Source: Picochlorum sp. SENEW3 (taxonomy: Eukaryota). Taken from it: a stretch of DNA of 64,000 nucleotides. The stretch spans positions 620,001 through 684,000 of the forward strand of contig CP120461.1 of NCBI GenBank assembly GCA_034226945.1. The letters are read 5' to 3'. How positions within the stretch are numbered: the first letter of the stretch is position 1; each line of letters opens with the position of its first letter. The translations under genes were made by a program, and so were the position numbers. The notes beneath the pieces were generated by a model. It was not told where the DNA came from. It made no database searches and saw nothing but the letters and a program-made list of their open reading frames with translations. Shown piece by piece: positions 20,043 to 29,369 of the stretch.

Positions 20043-22142
20043 ATGGGAGCACTCGACGTCCAACGACTGATGCGGTTGTCCGTCGTAATCTACGTGCTCC
20101 TCTTGGGAGGGGTTCCATTCTTTGGAAATACCGGTGGTGTTGGTTTTGTGGATGGATATTATCTTCCTGGGACGTATCCGCAGGAGTTTAAAGAGGGACA
20201 GACGCTTCAGGTGGAGGTGAACTCTTTGGTTAGTTCTGATACGGAGATGCCCTATGATTATTATTCCATGCCGTTTTGTAAGCCAGGGGAGGGGGTGAAG
20301 AAATCTTCAGGATCTATTAATCCTGGAACTATACTGTTGGGGATTCGGATTGAGAATTCTCCGTACAAGTTGTCCATGATGGAGGAGAAGCATGCTGTGC
20401 CGGTGTGTCGAGGAAAGCAGTATCCGAATGGAGCGTATACTCCATTGTCAAAGGTGGAGGCAAAGGTGTTGAAGGAGAAGATTAAGGAGGAGTATCGTGT
20501 GAGGATGATTTTGGATAATTTGCCGATTACGACGTATGATTTGGAGAAGCAGCCTGATAGCGTGCGGCCTGGGTTTGAGGTGGGATTCAAGGTGAAGGAC
20601 AGGTATTATGTGAATAATCATTTGATGTTCAAGGTGTTGGTGCATGAGTCGAATGGACAGTATGCCAGGCTTCGCCAGAGGGAGGCGGAATTAGAGGCTG
20701 CAGCTGCTGCAGAGACCACTGGGAGGAAGCTCAAGGTTGATGTTGGAAGAACGTTGAGGGGAGATGAGATGGGGCCAGAGTTTCCAGAAGATAAATTGTA
20801 CATGGTTGTTGGGTTTGAGGTGGTTGCATGTTCGATTCAGAGAAAGCCAGGGTCAGAGTTTAAGAATGTGCCTTGCAGTTCTACACCAAATGATGTTTCT
20901 GGCCCAACGCCTCAGGAAGTGAAGGAAGGGGCTGAGATAGTGTATACATATGATGTGTATTGGGAGACGTCGGATATTACATGGGCTTCTCGATGGGATG
21001 CGTACCTGAAGATGCCTGGGGGCCGTGTGCATTGGTTCTCCATTATGAACTCGTTGATGGTTGTTATTGTGATGAGTTGCATCGTGGCCATGATTATGAT
21101 GAGAACCATCAGAAGAGATCTCCAAAAATATGAGCAGTTGCTTGTTGATGGAAGTCCAGGAAATGAGATGGAAGAGAGCGGATGGAAGATGGTGAGCGGT
21201 GATGTATTTAGGGCACCAGAGAAGAGCCTGTCTCTTGCCATGCATGTAGGAAGTGGAGTTCAGATCATTGCCTCTGGTACTATTACATTGATTTTTGCGA
21301 CATTTGGATTCTTATCACCAGCATCCCGTGGATCGTTGTTGACAGCTGCATTGATCCTGTACCTGCTCATGTCAGTTGCAGCAGGGTTTGCATCAGTCTG
21401 GATCTGGGGCGCCATGAACCGCAGCCACGATGGGTGGCACAAGGTGTGCTGGAGAACAGCATGCTTCTTCCCTGGAGTGACAGTCGCAGTCATGTCCTTG
21501 CTGAACTTGTTCTTGTGGGCGACAGGTTCCTCTGGTGCTGTACCTCTTGGGTTCTTCTTTTCCGTTCTCTTCCTCTGGCTTTTGATTTCCATTCCATTGG
21601 CATTCTTGGGAGGAGCGTTGGCTTCTAGAAGAGAAATTCTCCCATTCCCAACGAGAACGAATCAAATTCCTCGCCATATTCCAGCACCACATTGGGCATC
21701 ACACCCAATCGTCCTCTTCTTGGCTGCAGGATCTCTGCCATTTGGAACCATCTTTGTAGAGTTGTACTTTGCCATGACCTCTATTTGGCAGGGATACTTC
21801 TATTACATTTTCGGATTTTTGTTCCTGGTGGCCTTCCTCACCATCATCATTACGGTGGAGGTGTCCATTGTCTGCACCTATGTGCAGCTCTGTGCTGAAG
21901 ATTACCACTGGTGGTGGAGATCCTTCTACAGGGGCGGATCAATTGCGATTTACATCTTCCTATACTCCATAGGATTCTTATTCAATACCCTCCACAACTT
22001 GTCGGGTGTATTGCCAGTTATTCTCTACCTGAGTTACACCTGCCTCATGGCATGGTGCCTCTCCCTGGCAATGGGTGCCATTGGGTTCTTGGCATCATAC
22101 ATTTTCACCGTCAAGATATTCGAAAGCGTCAAAGCAGACTAA
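20043..22142 (+). CDS. Transmembrane 9 superfamily (EMP70/TMN) protein
   Basis: YYLPG, YDYYSMPFC, ILDNLP, WASRWDAYL, VHWFSI, GWKMVSGDVFR, EDYHWWWRSF, C-terminal KxD. Confidence 0.95.
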   Translation: MGALDVQRLMRLSVVIYVLLLGGVPFFGNTGGVGFVDGYYLPGTYPQEFKEGQTLQVEVNSLVSSDTEMPYDYYSMPFCKPGEGVKKSSGSINPGTILLGIRIENSPYKLSMMEEKHAVPVCRGKQYPNGAYTPLSKVEAKVLKEKIKEEYRVRMILDNLPITTYDLEKQPDSVRPGFEVGFKVKDRYYVNNHLMFKVLVHESNGQYARLRQREAELEAAAAAETTGRKLKVDVGRTLRGDEMGPEFPEDKLYMVVGFEVVACSIQRKPGSEFKNVPCSSTPNDVSGPTPQEVKEGAEIVYTYDVYWETSDITWASRWDAYLKMPGGRVHWFSIMNSLMVVIVMSCIVAMIMMRTIRRDLQKYEQLLVDGSPGNEMEESGWKMVSGDVFRAPEKSLSLAMHVGSGVQIIASGTITLIFATFGFLSPASRGSLLTAALILYLLMSVAAGFASVWIWGAMNRSHDGWHKVCWRTACFFPGVTVAVMSLLNLFLWATGSSGAVPLGFFFSVLFLWLLISIPLAFLGGALASRREILPFPTRTNQIPRHIPAPHWASHPIVLFLAAGSLPFGTIFVELYFAMTSIWQGYFYYIFGFLFLVAFLTIIITVEVSIVCTYVQLCAEDYHWWWRSFYRGGSIAIYIFLYSIGFLFNTLHNLSGVLPVILYLSYTCLMAWCLSLAMGAIGFLASYIFTVKIFESVKAD

Positions 22143-22221
22143 TCTATCATCAATCTCTTTCTTATACATATACTGCGTGTGTGTGTTGTGTTTATATAAA
22201 TATTAAATGTAGTAATCATCA

Positions 22222-22767
22222 TCATCCTATCCGCTGCACATCGCTCTCTGCCACAAAGTACCTCCTCATATTGTATGCATCCTCCCCATCTGCATAATAC
22301 TTCTCCTCCTTGTCATGTATCTGATACTTCAGCGTCTCATTATACAAATGGAACGCCCCCTTGTTCGTCTCACGAACATGCAAGGACACATACTTGGCCC
22401 CAAACACCTCCTCCATAGCTCTATGTGCTGCATTCATCAGGGTCGTCGCAAGCCCCAACTTCCTATGACTCCTCGCCACTGCTAACGATGTAATGTGACC
22501 GTGTGGTACGCGTGCTTCCTCCTCCATCTTTGCCAGTACGTATCCAACAATAGACCCGTCATAGTCTTCAGCAACATACAAAAGCTGTGGCCACGACAGA
22601 ATGTGATACATGTAATACTGCACACCAGATAAATACTATTATATATTTTCATATACATCGGGACATCAAGGACGTACTTTGAGTTGATAATTCTCAGGAA
22701 GACATAAAAGATTGCAGCGCTGCATTTGAAGCAAATCGGCCACTGTGGCCTGACGAATACACACCAT
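22222..22767 (-). CDS. NAA10: N-alpha-acetyltransferase NatA catalytic subunit
   Basis: Exons 22767-22678 and 22617-22222; [33 protein letters not shown]. Confidence 0.96.
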
Positions 22768-22786
22768 GTTGTTTATTACTGGTTTA

Positions 22787-23973
22787 TTAAATATCTAAAT
22801 CATCGTCTGGGTCTTCATCTGAATCAGGCTCTTCTGAATCGCTGTCCCTGACGTAGAGGATGTGCCCCAGTGGGCCAGAGGATGGGCCATGACCCCCTGC
22901 CTGAGGGGGCAGGTAGTCTCGATAGTCATCTGTATCATAGAGGGATGAGGCACGGCCACGATGCTCGTATGGAAGTTTGACATGCGTTTTGGCTTCCTGT
23001 TCCTGCTCAGACAGCTCTAATTTCATGCTTCCGAGTGGGGCAGCAATGTTGGTATCCTTGGCAGTTGTTACTGTTTGCCCTGGTTCCTTCCACAATTTGA
23101 ATAGAATCTCATCGAGATCAGGGATCCAATACTCGTACGTTTCAGTCTTTTTGCATCCTTGCTTCTTTCGTATGTACAATGTCATGATGCCAATGGCATC
23201 GCTCTGGTCATGTCGTGATGCTGTCCCAGCTGTGGATTCGACGGAGGACGAGTCCATGATGAGCTTCCACCCTGGCTCGAGTTGCACCAAACACGTCGTG
23301 TCATGAGATACGGTGGCGATGTCATGCGGTGGTATCAGGTCACTGTGCAGTCCAACCACCACGCATCGTGTTGCCGTGTCCCGCCTCAATGCATCCAAGA
23401 ACATACGAGTCCTACGCGCTCCAAAGTGACGAACTATATGAGAAATATCATCCAGCCCTACGATAGCTTTCCCTGAGGGTGTGCTATGAAGGCTTGCTAA
23501 TATGGTATCAAGCAATGTATCCAGCATCTTGCTGGACTGCCTGCCTGCCTCACTGAAAACCGGCACTGATTCATATGGACCATCTCGTGTTGACTCTCGT
23601 TCTCCGCATGGATCTGTGCAACAGTCGATGATGGTGGATGATCGTTCCTCACCGTCTCCCTTGACAAGAGCACCAGTCGTGGTCTGATACTGAGCCGGTG
23701 GATGATCAACGCACACAATCACCGATGCAGCATCCTTACTCCCTGCCTTGATACGATGAAAAGCCTGCACATGTACCATGATCGATTACAATCCAAGCGA
23801 GAGAGAGAGAAAGACTGCAAGAAGCAGAACAGGAACAAGACACCCACCTCTTTAAATATCCTCTCTCCTCCTACAGTCTCTAATGAATCCTCTATGATGA
23901 TTACATGGGCTTTATCTGACCCAAATGTCGACGGTGGTGGCCGTTGTCGAACCAATCGACTAAGCGTCTCCAT
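22787..23973 (-). CDS. ELP5: Elongator complex protein 5
   Basis: Exons 23973-23848 and 23764-22787; [36 protein letters not shown]-terminal [10 protein letters not shown]. Confidence 0.85.
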
Positions 23974-24374
23974 GCTTATGTGTATGTGTATGCTGCAATC
24001 ACATGCAACGACAGTGTGCCTGCATTCTCAGTCTCCTTCAGTGCAAAAAGACAGGATTCAAAAGAATTATACAAGTGTTGCATTGTTGTAGGAATCGGAA
24101 TCGTCATGGTCATGTGCATTCCTTATCAAAGCAAAATAAAAAGTTGCAGCTTTGCTGACTGATTCGCAACGTCAATTGATTGCAATCGGACCAATCGGTC
24201 AAAGGTGCTTTTTGAAAGGCCATCATTGGAGAAATACTACACGTGGCTCAAGTACAATAATTCGCTCATCTTCAGCATATTCAGATTTTAGAATATTGTA
24301 AACAAGTGTCAGGTGCAATTGTGTTTGGGTTGAGGCGGTAGCACATCGTTTCTTGGTAAAGAGGCCCAACCAAG

Positions 24375-25880
24375 ATGTGGGGACCGAGGGCCTTCTCGCG
24401 TGGGATCACAGCATCCATCACTAGAATGCTGCTGTCTACGAAGGAATGCTCTACTGCTGCTGCAGTAGCAGCTATGCGGGCGGATACCTGTGGACTGAAG
24501 AGCCTGTGTCAAGGGACCAGGCTCAGCAAAGTTGCAACCTTTGAGCAAGCATGTAGCGGGGTGATGGCTCGTTATCAATGCACAGGTCTCTATAGGACTC
24601 TTGTCAATGAGACAAGAAGGACAGCTACAAGGACGGCGATGGTGGCGCCAAGTAGGACGATGTTTAGGTCTGTAAGCACCAGTGCACAGGCATCTGTTTC
24701 TGGATTAGGATCGCTCGTATCTGGGCTGTCGAACGGGCAGAGAAAGGCTGTGACGTGGTGGTTAGGGGCATCGTCAGCATGGGTGTTCAGTATGGTTGTG
24801 CTCGGTGGTGTCACGAGGTTGACGAGGTCTGGTCTCTCCATGACAGATTGGAAATTCACTGGGGAGAAGCCTCCTCAAAGTGAGGAAGAATGGCATGCAG
24901 AATTTGAACGGTACAAGTTATCTCCAGAGTATAAAAGAGTGAATAAATCGATGACACTGCAGGAATTTAAATTCATTTACTGGATGGAATGGGGTCATAG
25001 GATGTGGGGTCGGGGGTTGGGCATTGCATTCATCATACCATTCACTGCATTTTTGATGAACGGTGCCATTACGAAGCCCCTTGCGGCTCGTTTAGGATTG
25101 CTTTTTACTATGGGAGGAACGCAAGCTTTTGTGGGATGGTGGATGGTGAGAAGTGGTCTGCAGGAGCCTGATTCTCCCCATCAGGTTCCCAGGGTGAGCC
25201 CCTATCGATTAGCCTCTCACTTGACGTCTGCATTCGCGATTTATGCGCTCATGGTATGGACGACCTTATCTAGCGCATTCCCTGCACCTTTATCTGCAAC
25301 AACGAACGGATCAGGTGTGGCAGCCATGTCGCAGCTTCGTGCAAAGAGCCTTCCCTTTGCAGTGCTGTTATCTGTGACTGCCTTGTCTGGGGCGTTTGTT
25401 GCTGGATTGGATGCTGGGCATGCCTACAATACGTTTCCATTGATGAATGGGAGGTGGGTTCCAGAGGAATACTGGGATGTGCAAGGTTGGAGAAATGCAT
25501 TTGAAAACACAGCCGCAGTTCAATTTCACCACCGATGTCTTGCCATTTCTACCTTGGTGGGATCTGCAGCATTGTGGAAATATGGCGTGGGCCTTAAGGA
25601 TCTGCCAAGAACGCCAAGATTATTGCTTCATGGTTTAGCTCTCGGCACTGCCATGCAGGTGACGCTGGGCATTTCAACCCTGCTCATGTATGTCCCAGTG
25701 TCTCTCGGTGCAGCACATCAGGCTGGAGCGCTTTCATTGTTCACGATTTCATTAGCTTTGATTCATTCATTACGGTCCCATACACTGACTCCCTTTCAAA
25801 TCGCACTTTCAAAGTATGGTACCCCAGCTGCCGCTGCTGTGGTTGTGGGTCTTGGTGGAGCTGCAGCTGTTTCTGCATGA
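24375..25880 (+). CDS. COX15: Heme A synthase COX15
   Basis: GGVTRLTRSGLSMTDW, FKFIYWMEWGHRMWGR, VSPYRLASHL, QFHHR, AAHQ. Confidence 0.96.
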   Translation: MWGPRAFSRGITASITRMLLSTKECSTAAAVAAMRADTCGLKSLCQGTRLSKVATFEQACSGVMARYQCTGLYRTLVNETRRTATRTAMVAPSRTMFRSVSTSAQASVSGLGSLVSGLSNGQRKAVTWWLGASSAWVFSMVVLGGVTRLTRSGLSMTDWKFTGEKPPQSEEEWHAEFERYKLSPEYKRVNKSMTLQEFKFIYWMEWGHRMWGRGLGIAFIIPFTAFLMNGAITKPLAARLGLLFTMGGTQAFVGWWMVRSGLQEPDSPHQVPRVSPYRLASHLTSAFAIYALMVWTTLSSAFPAPLSATTNGSGVAAMSQLRAKSLPFAVLLSVTALSGAFVAGLDAGHAYNTFPLMNGRWVPEEYWDVQGWRNAFENTAAVQFHHRCLAISTLVGSAALWKYGVGLKDLPRTPRLLLHGLALGTAMQVTLGISTLLMYVPVSLGAAHQAGALSLFTISLALIHSLRSHTLTPFQIALSKYGTPAAAAVVVGLGGAAAVSA

Positions 25881-25957
25881 TGAGAATTCTTTGTTGTTTC
25901 CAGTCAAAATTGGTGGGTGAAATTTATCAGGATTAAATACAATACATGTAAATTTAT

Positions 25958-27079
25958 TTAATAATGACCCCTAAAATCTTCCTGCAATGTGCCTCCAGCC
26001 TCACAAATACTGGGGTGTTTATCTCCAGTCAAATATGCGCCAAGACTCGCCTTGCCATTCACGCGAGCAATCTCTTCTGCCTTGGTTTTACATTTTTGCT
26101 CGCTCCCTGGACCCATCGTCGACCACATCTTCAACACACTCGCCTGTAATCCTCTTCCAAAAGAGAAAGAAAGAGACCACGGTGCTCGATAGTCCACTGA
26201 TGACTTTGACACAACATTGAGCATGTTCAAGTTGGAAGTTGACTGGGTTTCAGTCATTCCACCAGACAAGAACATAATGCCTGGTACAGCAGGAGGCACA
26301 ATCTGTCTCATGATTCTCAGGGTTCGCGTTGCGATTTCTGTCGGATCTGGAGGTGGATTGGTGCAGTCAACTCCAGGAACTACCATCTGAGGCTTGAGAA
26401 GGACTGCCCCCAAATCAACATTGTATTCCCAAAGTTTCCCAACGCAAGCCTGAAGCACGCGCGCTGATATTCGCTCACAAGTATCTATATCATGATCTCC
26501 ATCGATTAATATCTCCGGTTCTACGATCGGCACGATCCCAACCTGGTGGCATATTTGAGCATATTCAGCCAATTGGGTTGCATTGACCTCCACACTGCAT
26601 GAGCTCACATCATATCCACCATCTGGCAATGCACATATCCGAATAGCCGCTCTCCACTTGGCAAACACAGCCCCCTGGTTCTTATATTCTTTGCATCTGG
26701 TAGCCAACGTGTCTAATCCTTTCGTACAGGTCTCACCAAGATGAGCATCCTCATGACTGTCCTCCAGAGGGGTGAGTCCTTGGTCTACCTTGACACCGAC
26801 GAGAATCCCTTGATCATTCAGCGCATCAACAAAACCTATACCTTCATCAGTCACCATTTGTAGTGCCTCAGGGAACAAAATCGCCCCACTGATGGAACTG
26901 CCAAGCTTGGCCGAGTAAAACAGAGATCGGTATTTTCTCCTATTTTCTTGGGTATTCTCGATACCATGCTTCTCTAATCGCTTTCCAATTGTATTAGGTG
27001 ACTCATCTGATGCCAAAATGCCCTTTCCAGGGGTCGCAAGTTGCCGGGCGATGCCTCGTAATTCAATTTGTTCAATCAT
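25958..27079 (-). CDS. FBA: Class I fructose-bisphosphate aldolase (no transit peptide)
   Basis: GKGILASDES, FAKWRA, VPIVEPE, LLKP Schiff-base Lys, FLSGG, SFSFGR. Confidence 0.94.
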   Translation of the reverse strand: MIEQIELRGIARQLATPGKGILASDESPNTIGKRLEKHGIENTQENRRKYRSLFYSAKLGSSISGAILFPEALQMVTDEGIGFVDALNDQGILVGVKVDQGLTPLEDSHEDAHLGETCTKGLDTLATRCKEYKNQGAVFAKWRAAIRICALPDGGYDVSSCSVEVNATQLAEYAQICHQVGIVPIVEPEILIDGDHDIDTCERISARVLQACVGKLWEYNVDLGAVLLKPQMVVPGVDCTNPPPDPTEIATRTLRIMRQIVPPAVPGIMFLSGGMTETQSTSNLNMLNVVSKSSVDYRAPWSLSFSFGRGLQASVLKMWSTMGPGSEQKCKTKAEEIARVNGKASLGAYLTGDKHPSICEAGGTLQEDFRGHY

Positions 27080-27208
27080 GCTTTGAACTCGCTCCTAATG
27101 ATATACATTCAAAATCGTATACTTTACAGGTATTTGATGTTACAAAATTTCAACTAGTAGTATTCAATGCACAATGCAAGATCCAAAATCTCTTTTTATT
27201 CCTTATGC

Positions 27209-27721
27209 TTACTTCTTCTTCTCAGCAACATCTTCCTTCTCATCCTTGTCCTTTGCAAAACCTCTGACAAGGCATGCTGTCGCCAATCCTGCATGCAGAC
27301 AAATGTGCCCAATGGCAAGTGGCTTCTTCACGTCCTCCTTATACAGATCGTATGCCATGAGGCCCGCCATGGAGCCATGGACTACAGACAAGGCTTTGAG
27401 TGTGTCCTTCTTTGCGCGGACAGTGTGGTCTTCTGTATTATGCGACGCCGTCATTATGGCAGTCGATGTGACCGCATGTCCCAGCCTACATAATCGGCAC
27501 CAGCATGTGATCCAAAAATACCAGGCACATGTACATGTTTAGGTAGCATTGTAGGCAACGTACCATCGGGTGCAGGAAGGGTTCTTTGGTGTAGCCTCTT
27601 CGAAAAACATATCATGCCCTTCGTTCGGGGCAAACAGGTTGACAGCCCCACATGTTGCTCCCGACAATGCGGAGAGACTAAGTATGGTCGACTCCGGGTC
27701 CTCAAATGAAATGAACTTCAT
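27209..27721 (-). CDS. Small hydrophobic membrane protein of unknown function, copy A (144 aa)
   Basis: Exons 27721-27564 and 27485-27209 (GTACGT..TGTAG); intact, with the same exon lengths as the paralogue at 28435-28950. Confidence 0.85.
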
Positions 27722-27870
27722 TTTCTTTTTCCTCTTCTTTCTCAAGTGCTCTTCGATATCTATGAATTAATGTATTCACGTGTTTGTGAAAAATCTCTTC
27801 TTCGTTTGACAAATATAATATCTCATTAGTAGATTTAGAATTGATGAATGCACTTTCGGATTCGTCGCAA

Positions 27871-27911
27871 ATGTGCTGAGTTGGCAGCATGGTGGTGCTG
27901 ACTCAGCACAT
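27871..27911. promoter_or_regulatory. Inverted repeat of TGCTGAGT/TGCTGACTCAGCA upstream of copy A
   Basis: ATGTGCTGAGTTGGCA-9 nt-TGCTGACTCAGCACAT; near-identical copy at 29124-29164. Confidence 0.55.
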
Positions 27912-27934
27912 CTCTCTTTGAACTTTGAGTGTCC

Positions 27935-28314
27935 GGTTGGTACAATCAACTCCAGGAACAACACACGTGCCTCTAAGCGCGCTAATATTCGCTCAAAAGT
28001 CTCCATGAATCAATAATTCTGGTTCTATGATTCCAGACTGGTGGCATATTTGAGCATATTCAGCGAATTGGGTTGACCTCCATACTGCATTATATCCACC
28101 AACTGCTAATGTTCTTATCCGAATAGCTGCTCTCCACTTGGCAAATACAGCCCCTTGATTCTTATAATGTTTGTATTTGGTATCAGCCAACGTGTCTAGT
28201 CGCTTTGCAGCTGTAAGAGGTGACTTAGCCGATGCAGGAATGCCCTTTCCAGGAGTTGCAAGATGTCGTGCCTTGCAAGGCACTTTACAATTGTAATTTG
28301 ATGCGTTCGATCAT
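27935..28314 (-). pseudogene. Truncated, internally deleted duplicate of the aldolase 5' part
   Basis: Recognisable LATPGKGI.AS, YKNQGAVFAKWRAAIRI, AEYAQICHQ, EPE fragments; TAA at codon 10 after ATG 28314; several deletions. Confidence 0.88.
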
Positions 28315-28434
28315 GCTTTGAACTCGATCCGAACCATATACATTCAATTCCGTATAATTTACAGTTATATAGCACTACAAAATTTCATCTAATAATATTG
28401 AATGCATGATTCAAAATCTCTTTGCACATCATGC

Positions 28435-28950
28435 TTACTTCTTCTTCTCGGCCACATCTTCCTTCTCATCCTTGTCCTTTGCAAAACCTCTGACAAGGCA
28501 TGCTGTCGCCAATCCTGCATGAAGACAAATCTGGGCAATGGCAACTGGCTTTTTGATCTCTTCTTTGTAGAGATCGTATCCCATAAGGCCCGCCACAGAG
28601 CCGTGGACTACAGACAACGTCTTGAGCGTGTCCCTCTTGGCGCAGACAGTGTGGTCTTCTGTGTTATGCGATGCCGTCATGATGCACGCGGATGTAACCG
28701 CATGTCCAAACCTACACCATCATCAGGAGTATAATGAGTATCATCAGTACCGCGTATACTCGATGTACGAAGGAGCATTCTTGGCAACGTACCATCTTGA
28801 GCAGGAAGGGTTCTTTGGGACAGTCGATTCATAAAACATGTCGTGAGCTTCGTTCGGAGCAATCAGGTTGAGTGGACCGCATGTCAATCCAGACAACGCG
28901 GAGAGACTAAGTATGGTCGACTCCGGGTCCTCGAATGAAATGAACTTCAT
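28435..28950 (-). CDS. Small hydrophobic membrane protein of unknown function, copy B (144 aa)
   Basis: Exons 28950-28793 and 28711-28435; 23 aa differences from copy A by manual count. Confidence 0.85.
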
Positions 28951-29123
28951 TGCACCTCCTTTTCTACGTCTTCTTTGTTCCTCTGTGTTTTAACCCAGTT
29001 TCTTTGATATCCGCGAGTATGTGTATTCACGCGCTTGTGAACAATCTTTTCTTTGTGTGATAGGTAGAATATCTCGTTAGTAGATTTAGAAATTGATCAA
29101 TGGTACTTTCGGGTTCGCCTCAA

Positions 29124-29164
29124 ATGTGCTGAGTTGGCAGCATGATGGTGCTGACTCAGCACAT
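29124..29164. promoter_or_regulatory. Second copy of the TGCTGACTCAGCA inverted repeat
   Basis: Arms identical to 27871-27911; one substitution in the spacer. Confidence 0.55.
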
Positions 29165-29369
29165 TATCTGATGGATCTTGCCATCCCATCAACAGTCATT
29201 ATTGATAGAAGCCTTGATAATATTAAAACTCCTTCGATCACAGGATATCTTTGATAGGAAGATCTCTCACAAAAGAAGATCTCTCCTTGCGTCGTGAATT
29301 TTGAAATACAGAAGGCGGGTGGTTGGCACTCGAGCCATTCTGATTTAGCACAATTTTGTACCTTGAAAA

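Larger units (their letters stand above)
27935..29164. repeat. Second unit of tandem segmental duplication (first unit about 26355-27911)
   Basis: Colinear similarity over aldolase 5' part, intergenic spacer, small membrane gene and its upstream region. Confidence 0.88.

Noticed and set aside
27871..29164. Helitron interpretation of the hairpin-ended duplicated unit
   Set aside because: No CTRR terminus shortly after the hairpin, no Rep/helicase, and the copies are adjacent and colinear; simple tandem duplication is sufficient.
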